A stretch of 63,907 bases of DNA, filler included, from Candidatus Woesearchaeota archaeon (GTDB lineage Archaea > Nanobdellota > Nanobdellia > Woesearchaeales > DATGWN01): assembly GCA_047603125.1 (NCBI GenBank). It is 6 parts of 6 records of this genome, joined end to end, with 100 filler letters (N's around TTAATTAATTAA, not from the genome) between each part and the next. Parts side by side here need not be neighbours in the genome. Positions count along the whole stretch, not along the records: positions 22,592 to 33,514 come from JBLKOU010000037.1; positions 33,615 to 44,501 come from JBLKOU010000038.1; 4 more parts are not named here. One strand, 5' to 3'. Each line of letters opens with the position of its first letter. Positions within the stretch are counted from its first letter, which is position 1. The position numbers and the translations under genes are program-made. A model generated the notes under the pieces. The model was not told the DNA's origin. It saw only the letters and a list, made by a program, of their open reading frames with translations, and made no database searches. Positions 30,102-40,133 of the stretch are shown here, piece after piece.

Positions 30102-31214
30102 TTACGCATGCTTTTCTTGTTGTTTTTGTAGTCTTTTTACATATTGCAAGAAACGAACGCCAATTTGTTGATTTGTCTGCTCATCAAAGGGGAGAGAATC
30201 GATAATTTCTTGCGTGGCTAAATCAGGAACATGCGTGAAATTCCCTTCTAAAACACGCCCGACTTTTTCACATTCTTGTTTGAGAGCAAGAGCAAAGGGA
30301 GAAGCAAAATCTTGAAATATCATATATCGGGAAAAACAATTTGCACCAGCTTGAAGCATCAAAGAAAAATCTTCAATTCTGTCTTTTACCAGTGCAATCT
30401 TAATGATAAGCTTGGGGTAGGCAATGCGCAATTTTGCAGTCCACCACGCCATATATTCAGGATCGGGAGGATGAATATCTTCAAAACACGTTCCTTGCTG
30501 GGGTTTGAGATAGCATAATTGCACGCACGAAATATTAAACTCTCGTATTTTTTCAATAACCGTATCAATATCGCTTTTTTTCTCGCCGATTCCTAAAATA
30601 ATGGTAATAAATGTAGGAATGTTTCTGTTTTTACACTCACCTAAAAAACGAAGAAGCGCTGCTAATGGTTTTGAAGGACAAATAAAATTATGCAATTGTT
30701 CATCAAATGATTCTATTGCACTGCCAAGACCACCAACATGCTCTTGAAAAGAATCAAGCTCACGAGGAAAGTACGGACCGTAGTTCATATTAACTTTATA
30801 TTCTAAAACATCATGCAATGATTTGAGTAGTTGGGTCATATCCTGTGTTGATTCTACACGCAAGCCCCCTGTAATATACCCCACTCGCCACTTCATGACT
30901 TTACACACGAGTGCTTCTGCAAGAATGGATTCGCGTGAACGAATAGCCTTTTTCTCTAATTTTGGTTTTGTTGACAAATAACAATATCGACAATCTGCAA
31001 TACCACAAGTCCAATTTGTAAAAATAGAGCGCTCAAACCAGACTGTTTTATCAAAATGTTTTTGATAAGCAGCGTTTGCCTGTGCAATTAAGGAAGCAAG
31101 TTCTGTTTTATCAACAGTGTGTGTTTTATTTTGTTCTTTTATTTGTACGACAAATTGTTTATCTTGTTGCGTTAATGGTTTTTCTGAAAAAATCTCGCCA
31201 GGTTTTAAAGTCAT
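30102..31214 (-). CDS. Radical SAM protein (BioB-like fold, CX4CX2C)
   Basis: WTCGIADCRYCY, ITGG, IES, ICPSK, LKPQQGT. Confidence 0.8.
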   Translation of the reverse strand: MTLKPGEIFSEKPLTQQDKQFVVQIKEQNKTHTVDKTELASLIAQANAAYQKHFDKTVWFERSIFTNWTCGIADCRYCYLSTKPKLEKKAIRSRESILAEALVCKVMKWRVGYITGGLRVESTQDMTQLLKSLHDVLEYKVNMNYGPYFPRELDSFQEHVGGLGSAIESFDEQLHNFICPSKPLAALLRFLGECKNRNIPTFITIILGIGEKKSDIDTVIEKIREFNISCVQLCYLKPQQGTCFEDIHPPDPEYMAWWTAKLRIAYPKLIIKIALVKDRIEDFSLMLQAGANCFSRYMIFQDFASPFALALKQECEKVGRVLEGNFTHVPDLATQEIIDSLPFDEQTNQQIGVRFLQYVKRLQKQQEKHA

Positions 31215-31215
31215 A

Positions 31216-31917
31216 TTAATCATACCGCTCAAAGTGAATGCACGTTTTTAAGACTCCTTGTGCTTTTACTGCGTGCACCACTTGTTCAATCATCTTATAT
31301 AATCCGCAAATATACACATGGGTTTGCGAATCTATTGGCGGAAGAAAGTCTTGTACATACCCTGTGTGTTTGAATGGTTGTTCAGGTTTACTCAATACTG
31401 GTATATAGGTAAACTGATCGTATTCATTTGCGAGTTTTTGTAGTATCTTTTCATACAAAATAGTGTGCCGATGACCACAAATTAATGTAATCTGATGAGG
31501 ATAGGATTGCTCGAGTAGATCACGAATCATGCTCACAAAGGGTGCAACACCCGTCCCTACACCAATAAAGACAAGCGGTCCGGTTTTATGCTCATCTCGA
31601 ACAACAAACACTCCTAATGGCGCCATCATTTTGACCATGTCACCTTTTTGTAAATTCCATAAAAACAGGCTTCCAGGCCCGTTTTCAATAAATTTCACAC
31701 TAATGACAATTGATTGCTTTTGTGAAGGTGAAGAAAAAATAGAATATTGACGACGGTATTTATTTCCATCTTTTTCAAAAAGAATTGTGACAAACTGCCC
31801 CGCACTGAATGCAAAATCTTCCGGTACTGAGAAGGTAAAATGTCTCACAGTATCGCTGACATCTTCAATTGCAATCACTGAGGATTCAAACTGCTGTATG
31901 GGGTGTGGACGAAACAT
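31216..31917 (-). CDS. FNR/cytochrome b5 reductase-family FAD/NAD(P)H oxidoreductase
   Basis: GQF, RQYSI, GPGS, GTGVAP, YICG, C-terminal ERY. Confidence 0.9.
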   Translation of the reverse strand: MFRPHPIQQFESSVIAIEDVSDTVRHFTFSVPEDFAFSAGQFVTILFEKDGNKYRRQYSIFSSPSQKQSIVISVKFIENGPGSLFLWNLQKGDMVKMMAPLGVFVVRDEHKTGPLVFIGVGTGVAPFVSMIRDLLEQSYPHQITLICGHRHTILYEKILQKLANEYDQFTYIPVLSKPEQPFKHTGYVQDFLPPIDSQTHVYICGLYKMIEQVVHAVKAQGVLKTCIHFERYD

Positions 31918-31964
31918 AATAACTACGAAAAAATCAGATTGTTTAAAAGTGTTTTGTCAGTGTG

Positions 31965-32158
31965 GGCTTCGTCCAATAATTGTTTTTAAAAAAGAGCACG
32001 CAGATTTTGATCAAGAGTCCCGCTTTGAGAATCATGCGAAAATTCGGCTGCAACTTTTCGGATTCCCATCCTCAAGTTTAAAAGAAGCTTTCAAACAATC
32101 ACCAAATTTTCTAACTTTGCTGCAGGGTGCTCTTTTTTCTTATTTTTGGGATGAAGCT
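31965..32158 (+). mobile_element. MITE family B, about 194 bp
   Basis: Homologous to the reverse complement of 46426-46616; TIRs GGCTTCGTCC/GGATGAAGCT; inner IR AAAAGAGCAC/GTGCTCTTTT. Confidence 0.75.
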
Positions 32159-32199
32159 TTCAGAGATAAATTTCCTTCTATAAAAATCAATTCCTCTTT

Positions 32200-33441
32200 T
32201 TAATACGAAAATACATTATAATTATGAAAAATGCTATGATACGCAATTATATATCCTGCAGCACTCCATGCTTGATTATTTCTCCCTAAGGGTTCTTGTG
32301 TCATTCCATGAAAATATTCATTAAATAACCACTGCTGGTTTTCTAAAATATGAGCAAATTCTTTTAACTTTCTTTTCGCAAGTTGTTTTTTCTTTGATTT
32401 TGCCAAAGCATAAATCCAAAAACCTGTAATAAATGGCCACGAACCCCCATTATGATACACATAGGGTTGTTCTTTTGTCGCATATATTTTTTGCCAATCA
32501 GCATCATGCTCATACACGGGTGGATCTAAGATGCGAAGTTGTGGAGTATCTATTTTATTATAAAGTATGTGTGAAATAATTGACTGCTTTTTTTTCTTAT
32601 CTGCAATACCTGTGACTATGGCAAGAATATTTCCAAAGGACTCAAACCGATGCTCCCATGTTAACTCAAACGGTTCTAAATGAGATTGGTAAAAGGGGCT
32701 TGTTCCCTCCAAACTATTTTGTATCATGTACTCTTGTGCAACCTGTGCCTTATTGTGATTTGTAATCCAGAAACGTCGATTTATTTCTTTTTTTACATTT
32801 CTTTTTCTCAATAAAATATGACGCAATGATTTTTTTATTTTCTCCAATAAAACAGGCTCACATGTTTTGAGTGTTATCGCATTTGTATATAAAAATTCCA
32901 AACTTTTTAAAAACTCATAATAGAGACATTCATCATAGAGCACATGATACGTTCGTTTAAAAACATCAGCCCAATCGCCTGCAATGTGACTCTCCAGCAA
33001 CCCACAATTATTCGAATCAAAGGCACGTAAAAGTTTATACAATCGTCTGTAATTATTAATTCGTTTGGTATCCAAGAATTTTTTATTTTTAGTCCGCTTA
33101 TATATTTGTGCTGCACTTATTAATACCCACATGTTCGAATCAATTGATGTTATAGAACCAAGTCCGCCATATACGCGTTTTTTGCTTTCTATTTCAATAT
33201 ATGTTGGCACTTGTCCATTATATTCTTGTGCTTTCAATAATGTAAATATTCCTTTTTGTGCTGTTTCTATTAATTGCTCATCATTTGTTAAAATTGCGCC
33301 TAATGATGTTATGGCATGATCCCGTGCCCAAACAGAATAATAGTTTACATGGCGTTCCGGGGTTGCACTAAACCCTAACTTTGTTTGATTTTTTTCTAAA
33401 ACAATTTTTGCCTGCTCATATGCTTTTTCTAAAATATCCAT
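32200..33441 (-). CDS. (alpha/alpha)6 glycoside hydrolase (GH100 invertase or amylo-1,6-glucosidase-like)
   Basis: NYYSVWARD, DS.MW, YHNGGSWPF, FNEY, QAWSAA. Confidence 0.85.
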   Translation of the reverse strand: MDILEKAYEQAKIVLEKNQTKLGFSATPERHVNYYSVWARDHAITSLGAILTNDEQLIETAQKGIFTLLKAQEYNGQVPTYIEIESKKRVYGGLGSITSIDSNMWVLISAAQIYKRTKNKKFLDTKRINNYRRLYKLLRAFDSNNCGLLESHIAGDWADVFKRTYHVLYDECLYYEFLKSLEFLYTNAITLKTCEPVLLEKIKKSLRHILLRKRNVKKEINRRFWITNHNKAQVAQEYMIQNSLEGTSPFYQSHLEPFELTWEHRFESFGNILAIVTGIADKKKKQSIISHILYNKIDTPQLRILDPPVYEHDADWQKIYATKEQPYVYHNGGSWPFITGFWIYALAKSKKKQLAKRKLKEFAHILENQQWLFNEYFHGMTQEPLGRNNQAWSAAGYIIAYHSIFHNYNVFSY

Positions 33442-33514
33442 CTATGTTAAACCTCGCATGTTTTTATAGCTTTTCATTTTTTGTTTGTATTTTTCCAAAT
33501 ACCTCTCACAAAAG

Positions 33515-33614
33515 NNNNNNNNNNNNNNNNNNNNNNNNNNNNNNNNNNNNNNNNNNNNTTAATTAATTAANNNNNNNNNNNNNNNNNNNNNNNNNNNNNN
33601 NNNNNNNNNNNNNN
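33515..33614. other. Artificial contig linker
   Basis: N44-TTAATTAATTAA-N44. Confidence 0.98.
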
Positions 33615-34103
33615 TAGATATATATTAATCTTTCGGTTTTTACCAAAATTTATCAAAAATTAAGAAAAAGTAGACTTTTTACGTACTTTTTAATTGTTTA
33701 GAATTTGCCTTTTTTTGATAAGGTATGTGAGTGTTCGGCTTTTTAAAGTCGGATGCTTAAAAAACATATTATTTTTCAGCTAGCACGAAACGGTGAAACT
33801 TACTTATTTTTGAGTTTGCAGCCATTTCACCGGCTCCCCAGAAAACCTCTGAATCGTTAGAATTAATACAGTATTTGGTATATTTTTATGTTTATAAGCA
33901 ACTATTTTTTAATGAGAAACAACACGAAAACTGTACTGGAGAGTCCCACTTCCAGTACTTTGCCACAATTTTGGCTGCATGAATCGCCAAATTGTGTGAT
34001 GGTGTTTCAAGGTGTTGTTTCTCCCAACATTGATTGGCAAAAGGATTTCCATGCTGCCTTCTCACCCATACATTTTTAAATGCGTTTTTTCCAAATTGAC
34101 TTC

Positions 34104-34580
34104 ATGGAATATGTTGTTGTAAAAAAATCAGGGATACACAATAAAGGGGTATTTGCAAAACAGGATATAAAACGAGGTACACATATTATTGAGTATGTGG
34201 GAAGAAAAATCACAAAAAAAGAGTCTGATGCAATTGCAGATAAACAGCTTGAAAAATCAAGAAAAAATGCTGAAGATGGTGCTGTGTACGTGTTTACATT
34301 AAACAAACGATATGATATAGATGGTAATGTTTCATGGAATCCAGCAAGATATATCAATCATTCTTGCTCTCCAAATGCACAAGCCGTTATTGACAATGGT
34401 CACATTTGGATTGTGGCAACAAAACGAATACAAAAAGGAGAGGAAATCACATACGATTACGGGTATGATGTAGATAATTACACGGAACATCCTTGTCGCT
34501 GTGGAAGCAAAAATTGTATTGGGTATATTGTTGCAAAAGATCAGTGGCCAAAACTCAAGCGTCGTCTTCGATCTCAATAG
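34104..34580 (+). CDS. SET-domain protein-lysine methyltransferase
   Basis: SGIHNKGVFA, RYINHSCSPN, GEEITYDY, post-SET CRCGSKNC. Confidence 0.93.
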   Translation: MEYVVVKKSGIHNKGVFAKQDIKRGTHIIEYVGRKITKKESDAIADKQLEKSRKNAEDGAVYVFTLNKRYDIDGNVSWNPARYINHSCSPNAQAVIDNGHIWIVATKRIQKGEEITYDYGYDVDNYTEHPCRCGSKNCIGYIVAKDQWPKLKRRLRSQ

Positions 34581-35892
34581 ATTGGCCATTAACAAGTAAG
34601 TGAAGCGTCTGTCCTAGTATATACCCTTCTTGTTTTGCTAAAAGTGCATACGCATCCATCATAGGGAGTTCACCATGTGCTGGTATGACATGTTTTGGCT
34701 TGATCGTTGTCAAAAGTTCTCGTAAATCCTCATATGACGCATGACCAGAGACGTGCACATCTTTAAAGAGACGTAATCCGAGTGATTCGAGTTTTGCATC
34801 AAGTCTGTGACGCGCCTCGATAATAGATGGTGTTGGTATCACATTACAAGAATAAATAAAAATATCATTTTTATCAAAAACGAGTGGAAGTTTTCCAGTT
34901 GCAATCGCATTTAAGACTGCTTTTTCTTCTGCTTGATGACCAGTCATAACAAACACATATTTTTGCTTTTCATTATTTGCCATGATTTTTTTCAGTCTTC
35001 GCTTAATCATTGATCGATAGGGAACAATTTCTACATCATCAATGATTTTGCTGACTTTTGCTTTTTTTGCACTCGAGGTATATTTTTCTAAACTTCGACC
35101 AAAAAAGATGACTTTTCGTTTGAGTCGCTGCGCATAGCGAACTATTGTTTGCAGTCGCTCAATATGTGAGCTAAATGTTGTCAAAAAAATCCCTTTTTTT
35201 TGCAAGTCAGTTGTAAATAAAATATCTTCAAGCATATGTTTTGCGACAAGTTCGGATTCTGTTTTGGTTTGTTTTTGTGCACGTAAACACTCACTTATCA
35301 AAACAATAGGATTTGATAATTTTTTTTGCAATTTTTTGAGTGCTGGTTTTTTTCCAATTGTTGGATGTCTATCAAGTTTGAAATCATTGGCGTACACAAT
35401 TTGTCCATAGGGTGTGTGAATAATAATAATGCCTGTGTCGGGAATTGAGTGTGTAATTGGAAAAAATTCAAAGGAGAGTGTGCTGCTCAATTTCACTTTT
35501 TTTTCAAAGGGAGTGACGCGAATTGGATTTTTTTGTTTAAAATTATTATCTTTAAACTGTCGCTTAATAACTTGGGCAGTAAATGGCGTTGCATAAATGG
35601 GACATGAGTAACCCTTCTCTAAATGCGGTATTGCGCCGATGTGGTCAAGATGTCCGTGGGATGGAATAATTGCTTTTACAATTTTTTTATTAATATCGCT
35701 ATCATCAGCGACAATACCACTTGTTCGCAATAATGTATTTTGCAGTTTTACAAGTTCCTCGTCATGCTCAACAGTTACGAGTCGTTCCATATGATAACCC
35801 ATATCAAGAATAATTGATTCATTATCAACTGTTACTAGTGTCATATTTCGGCCTATTTCTCCATATCCTCCGATTGGTTGAATTTTTATCAT
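34555..35892 (-). CDS. rnj: RNase J (beta-CASP)
   Basis: GGYGEIGRNM, SHGHLDHIG, HSIP, TFSSH, HVSGHA, IPAHG. Confidence 0.92.
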   Translation of the reverse strand: MIKIQPIGGYGEIGRNMTLVTVDNESIILDMGYHMERLVTVEHDEELVKLQNTLLRTSGIVADDSDINKKIVKAIIPSHGHLDHIGAIPHLEKGYSCPIYATPFTAQVIKRQFKDNNFKQKNPIRVTPFEKKVKLSSTLSFEFFPITHSIPDTGIIIIHTPYGQIVYANDFKLDRHPTIGKKPALKKLQKKLSNPIVLISECLRAQKQTKTESELVAKHMLEDILFTTDLQKKGIFLTTFSSHIERLQTIVRYAQRLKRKVIFFGRSLEKYTSSAKKAKVSKIIDDVEIVPYRSMIKRRLKKIMANNEKQKYVFVMTGHQAEEKAVLNAIATGKLPLVFDKNDIFIYSCNVIPTPSIIEARHRLDAKLESLGLRLFKDVHVSGHASYEDLRELLTTIKPKHVIPAHGELPMMDAYALLAKQEGYILGQTLHLLVNGQSIEIEDDA

Positions 35893-36695
35893 AATTGTGT
35901 CACCGTCCAAGTTTCTGTATCTAAGAGCATAATATTTTGTAATCCTGTGTTAATGCAAAGTGTCTGCTTCATTCGCCTGTTTCCTTTTGTTTCATGTATA
36001 TGTCCGCAAATAACCATTTTTGGCTGATAGAGCGTGATGAGCTTTTTTACAATTTGACTTCCTACACGAATTGTTTTTTTTGCAGGCGTTACGATTTTAT
36101 CAAATGGCGTTTTATAAGGAACATTATGTGTGAGCAAAATAATGGGTTTTTGTTTTTTTTGCGCACGTTCCATGAGTTTTTCCATTCTTGTATATGTTTT
36201 AACATATCGTTGAACAATTTTTTTAATTTGTGAAAGTGTATATTGGGAAATGGCTTGCTTTGTCTGTGGATATTCGGGAGAGGAAGTATTTCCATAGCCA
36301 ATGATACAACACGGACCTACATCAATGAGTTTTTTATCGCAATTTGTCATGTTTTTATATAGGTATGTTTGTTCATAGTTTTTCTTGCTTTTTTTTGAAA
36401 TTTCACGCAGAGTCATATCCCAGTTTCCAGGAATGCAATACACGGTTTTTTTCAGACTGGACAATTTTTTGCTCATCGCTTTTCCTGAAGCAACAAGTTC
36501 TCGCAAAAGTTTATTTTTCTTTGCAGGACGAACCAACTCTTCCCAAGAAACGCCTAATTGAAATGATTTATTAATGAGGGGGCGAATTTTGGAATCATCA
36601 CCCAAATCTCCAACAAAGAGCACTGCATCATATGCGATTCCTTTTGGAATTTTGGGCATCTTGCCGTGAATATCTGCAAAAATGAGCAATTTCAT
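35889..36695 (-). CDS. Metallophosphoesterase (Icc-like)
   Basis: DIHG, GD, PGNWD, H..P, GHIHE. Confidence 0.85.
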   Translation of the reverse strand: MKLLIFADIHGKMPKIPKGIAYDAVLFVGDLGDDSKIRPLINKSFQLGVSWEELVRPAKKNKLLRELVASGKAMSKKLSSLKKTVYCIPGNWDMTLREISKKSKKNYEQTYLYKNMTNCDKKLIDVGPCCIIGYGNTSSPEYPQTKQAISQYTLSQIKKIVQRYVKTYTRMEKLMERAQKKQKPIILLTHNVPYKTPFDKIVTPAKKTIRVGSQIVKKLITLYQPKMVICGHIHETKGNRRMKQTLCINTGLQNIMLLDTETWTVTQL

Positions 36696-36821
36696 AGTTT
36701 TTTTCTATTTGTCGCCGTATATAAATGTTTGTGTGGGGAGTTATTATTCTCGACGAGTGAGAATTTTGGCGACCGCAAAGTATATAAAGAAAATGGCTAA
36801 ACCAATTGATGGGGGAACAGT

Positions 36822-37568
36822 ATGAAACTTAGTTTAACAGAACCAAAATTTTTCAAAGATAGTATATCAATTATATCTGAATTAGTTACAGAGGCACGTT
36901 TTACCATCGGGCCGCAAGGTATCACGCTTGTTGCAATGGATCCTGCCAATGTCGCGATGGTGATTTTCAAATTGTTGCCATCTTTATTTGCAGAATACCA
37001 ATTAAAAGAACAAGTCGATGTCAGTTTGAATTTAAATAATCTCAAGCAGATTCTGCGACGAGTTGGTTCGAATGAAGTATTAACAATTGAGCTTGAAAAT
37101 AATGCAAAGCTTATTTTAACAATTTCTGGCAAATCAACACGACGATTTTCCTTACCGATAATCTCAACAGAAGAGAAGGAACAAAAAACTCCAACATTAG
37201 CGTTTCATACAACAATTGTTATGAATGTCGATCGATTTAATGAGGCAGTTGAAGATGCAAGTATTGTTGCGGATTCTCTTGTATTACAAAGCGATGGAAA
37301 TAAATTTATTGTCAGTGCCGTTGGTGATATGAATAATGCTGATATTGAAATGCCGGCAGAGGAGAATTTGAAAATTGAAAGTGAGGATGAAGATGTTGCA
37401 AAGAGTCGGTATTCAGTTGAGTATTTGAAAAAAATGGTCGGCGGAAGTAAGCTTAGTGATACGGTAAAAATTCAGTTTAAAAAAAATTATCCGCTCAAGC
37501 TTGAATATGTTTGCACTGATAAAGTACAACTTTCATTTGTTTTAGCACCTCGTGTTGAACACGAGTAA
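36822..37568 (+). CDS. pcn: DNA sliding clamp PCNA
   Basis: AMDPANVAM, YSVEYLKKM, PLKLEY, LAPRVE. Confidence 0.96.
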   Translation: MKLSLTEPKFFKDSISIISELVTEARFTIGPQGITLVAMDPANVAMVIFKLLPSLFAEYQLKEQVDVSLNLNNLKQILRRVGSNEVLTIELENNAKLILTISGKSTRRFSLPIISTEEKEQKTPTLAFHTTIVMNVDRFNEAVEDASIVADSLVLQSDGNKFIVSAVGDMNNADIEMPAEENLKIESEDEDVAKSRYSVEYLKKMVGGSKLSDTVKIQFKKNYPLKLEYVCTDKVQLSFVLAPRVEHE

Positions 37569-37577
37569 TTTTTTCTT

Positions 37578-37841
37578 ATGGAAAATATTGAGTATCTTAT
37601 TGGTCAGTATTATCGTTTTTTAGATGGAAAGGAAATTTCTCGTTATTTGGAGCCTGTTTTTGAAGATGTGCTGAGGTTTGCTGATCGTGGTTTTCGCGTC
37701 GAATATCTGGATAGGAGAATTAGTCATAAACTTTATCGGGCAACCTTGTTGCACCAATATGGCTTTGTTGGTAAGAGTTTTGAGCAAATTTGTAAAGAAG
37801 AAGGGATTGCTTTAAATAAGAGAACACCTGTACAACCGTAA
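37578..37841 (+). CDS. Hypothetical protein
   Basis: 87 aa; operonic between pcn and the HAD gene. Confidence 0.6.
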   Translation: MENIEYLIGQYYRFLDGKEISRYLEPVFEDVLRFADRGFRVEYLDRRISHKLYRATLLHQYGFVGKSFEQICKEEGIALNKRTPVQP

Positions 37842-38851
37842 TGACAAAAAAAATCCATATTCCTATTTTCTGGGACGTTGATCTGACTATTACTGAGCAA
37901 TATCAGCAAATTCCCTTTTTTTTACAGCATGAAGCGGCAATTAAAGAAGCATGTGAACAAGAAGGTATCCGATATGTCGATCCATATTCATACTTTTTCC
38001 GCTGTGATATTTTGGGTGATCCGGGTCTCAATTATTTACAACGCATGGTTTTGGATTGTCAAAAGGGTGGAATATTTGAAGGGTTAAAAACAGCGCAATT
38101 AAAAGAAACCGCAAAAGATGTCCAACTTGCACCTGGCTTAAAAGAATGTATGTTGGAGTTAGAACGCCTCTTTAAGGATAGGGCGATTTTACATCATTTT
38201 TTTGTATCAGTTGGTATAAAACATATCATTGAAGGGATTGTTCAGGTGCATCAACTTCCAGTTACAGATATTGTTGCTTCTGAATTTTTAACAGATGAAA
38301 ATGATACTATTATCGGCATTAAACGCGTTGTGACTCCATTTACAAAAAATCAATGGATTATTGGTGCAATGAAAGGGGAGGATTCCCTTTTAAACACTGC
38401 ATTATCTCCTGAACAGTATCGCTATGAATACAAGAACATGATTGTTATTGGTGATGGAAAAACAGATGCTGCAAAATTTGCTTATGCAAAAAAGCGGGGT
38501 GGAACGCCGGTTGCAGTCTATAGAGCAGGAGACCAGCAAGCATATGCGAAAACAAAAGACGCCGTCGGTTCCTGGGTTGACTTTGTGCTCGAACGAGACT
38601 ACACGCCGGGCAAAAAAACATTTTCGTACCTTTGTCAAACAATTGAGAAAAAACTCCAACAAGAGTCTATGATAAATCCAACACTTTTGTATTATTATGC
38701 TAGAAATAAATTAACACATCCTGATGAGATTGCATTTGTCGAATCGTTTTTGAAAAAAAATCCACGAGTGAATGCCTATTTTGAAAAAGTGTTTGTGGAC
38801 GCTAATCAGCAAGTGACTTTTGGGAGCTATTTAGAGCAAAAGCGCGAGTAA
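37841..38851 (+). CDS. HAD-superfamily hydrolase
   Basis: DVDLT motif I, VSVG, K, IGDGKTD motif IV. Confidence 0.8.
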   Translation: MTKKIHIPIFWDVDLTITEQYQQIPFFLQHEAAIKEACEQEGIRYVDPYSYFFRCDILGDPGLNYLQRMVLDCQKGGIFEGLKTAQLKETAKDVQLAPGLKECMLELERLFKDRAILHHFFVSVGIKHIIEGIVQVHQLPVTDIVASEFLTDENDTIIGIKRVVTPFTKNQWIIGAMKGEDSLLNTALSPEQYRYEYKNMIVIGDGKTDAAKFAYAKKRGGTPVAVYRAGDQQAYAKTKDAVGSWVDFVLERDYTPGKKTFSYLCQTIEKKLQQESMINPTLLYYYARNKLTHPDEIAFVESFLKKNPRVNAYFEKVFVDANQQVTFGSYLEQKRE

Positions 38852-38897
38852 TTGCTAATCCGTCACATATATAAATCCGAACATTTTCTAATCTCAT

Positions 38898-39089
38898 ATG
38901 GCTACAAAACGGCTGACAAAAGATATGAAGCGCGCAATGATTGCGGGCGTGTGTAGTGGTATTGCAAAATATACTGATCAAGATCCAACAGTCATTCGTT
39001 TGATTTATGTTTTGTTGCTATTTCTGACAGGTATTATTCCAATGGTTTTTGTGTACATTATTTTTGCCATCATCATGCCTGAAAAATAA
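38898..39089 (+). CDS. pspC: PspC-domain protein
   Basis: MIAGVCSGIA..DPTVIR..YI..IIMP. Confidence 0.88.
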   Translation: MATKRLTKDMKRAMIAGVCSGIAKYTDQDPTVIRLIYVLLLFLTGIIPMVFVYIIFAIIMPEK

Positions 39090-39129
39090 ATCGATAAAAT
39101 TCTTAAATACAAAGGTTTTTTCTGCATTC

Positions 39130-40050
39130 ATGGAAAACGTAATCATAGTAGGGGCGGGCATTGCAGGATTAACTGCAGCAATTTACACGGCAAGAGCAGA
39201 ATTAAAACCGTTGGTTATTTGTGGGCCTCAAGATGGTGGACAATTAACACTAACGACTGAAGTTGAAAATTATCCTGGATTTGAAAAAGGAATTACTGGT
39301 CCTCAATTAGTAGCTGATACAAAAAAACAAGCACAGCGTTTTGGCGCACGATTTCAAGAAGGATGGATTACCTCGATAAAAAAAGAGAATGATACTTTTC
39401 ATATTACACTTTCAGATCAAACAATTATTGAATCAAAAACAGTTATTTTAGCAACTGGGGCTTCTGCTCGTTGGTTGGACATCGAAAGTGAAAAGGCATA
39501 CAAGGGAAAAGGTGTAACGGCATGTGCGACTTGTGATGGATTTTTCTTTAAAGATCAAGAAGTTATTGTCATCGGTGGTGGTGATACGGCAATGGAAGAA
39601 GCACTATTTTTAACAAAATTTTGTACAAAAGTAACAGTTGTTCATAGGCGCGACGAGTTGCGTGCGAGTAAAATTATGCAGGAACGATTTTTCGCTCATC
39701 CAAAGACTGATATTATCTGGAATGCCAAAGTTATTGAAATTTTAGGAGATGGCACAAAAGTTCAGGGTGTGAAACTTGAAGACACAAAAACGGGGGAGAC
39801 TCGTGAATTTCAAACGGATGGTGTTTTTCTTGCAATTGGTCATATTCCCAATTCTACTTTTGTTAAAGGACTTGTTGATATGGATGAACAGGGCTATGTG
39901 GTTGCAGACAGATATACAAAAACAAATGTCGAAGGTTTGTTTGCGTGTGGCGATTTACAAGACACTCGGTATCGACAAGCAGTAACTGCTGCAGGCAGCG
40001 GTTGTCAGTCTGCAATTGAAGTTGAGCGATATTTGGCTGAGAGGGAGTGA
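39130..40050 (+). CDS. trxB: Thioredoxin reductase
   Basis: GAGIAG, GGQL, CATCDG, GGGDTA, HRR. Confidence 0.95.
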   Translation: MENVIIVGAGIAGLTAAIYTARAELKPLVICGPQDGGQLTLTTEVENYPGFEKGITGPQLVADTKKQAQRFGARFQEGWITSIKKENDTFHITLSDQTIIESKTVILATGASARWLDIESEKAYKGKGVTACATCDGFFFKDQEVIVIGGGDTAMEEALFLTKFCTKVTVVHRRDELRASKIMQERFFAHPKTDIIWNAKVIEILGDGTKVQGVKLEDTKTGETREFQTDGVFLAIGHIPNSTFVKGLVDMDEQGYVVADRYTKTNVEGLFACGDLQDTRYRQAVTAAGSGCQSAIEVERYLAERE

Positions 40051-40133
40051 AATGATGCGTATGAGTGTGAACTTGTTTTCTTCCCCTATTCACATAAACA
40101 TACATTTTTAAAGATTGAAGATACAATATAGGC

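Noticed and set aside
31787..32203. Paralogous ORFs 31787-32203 and 46429-46629 (KEHAD..LKEAFKQSPNF)
   Set aside because: The similarity comes from MITE family B DNA, not from a protein family.
33615..34079. Long intergenic stretch with short palindromes and a 63-aa ORF
   Set aside because: No recognisable gene, repeat partner or convincing structure.
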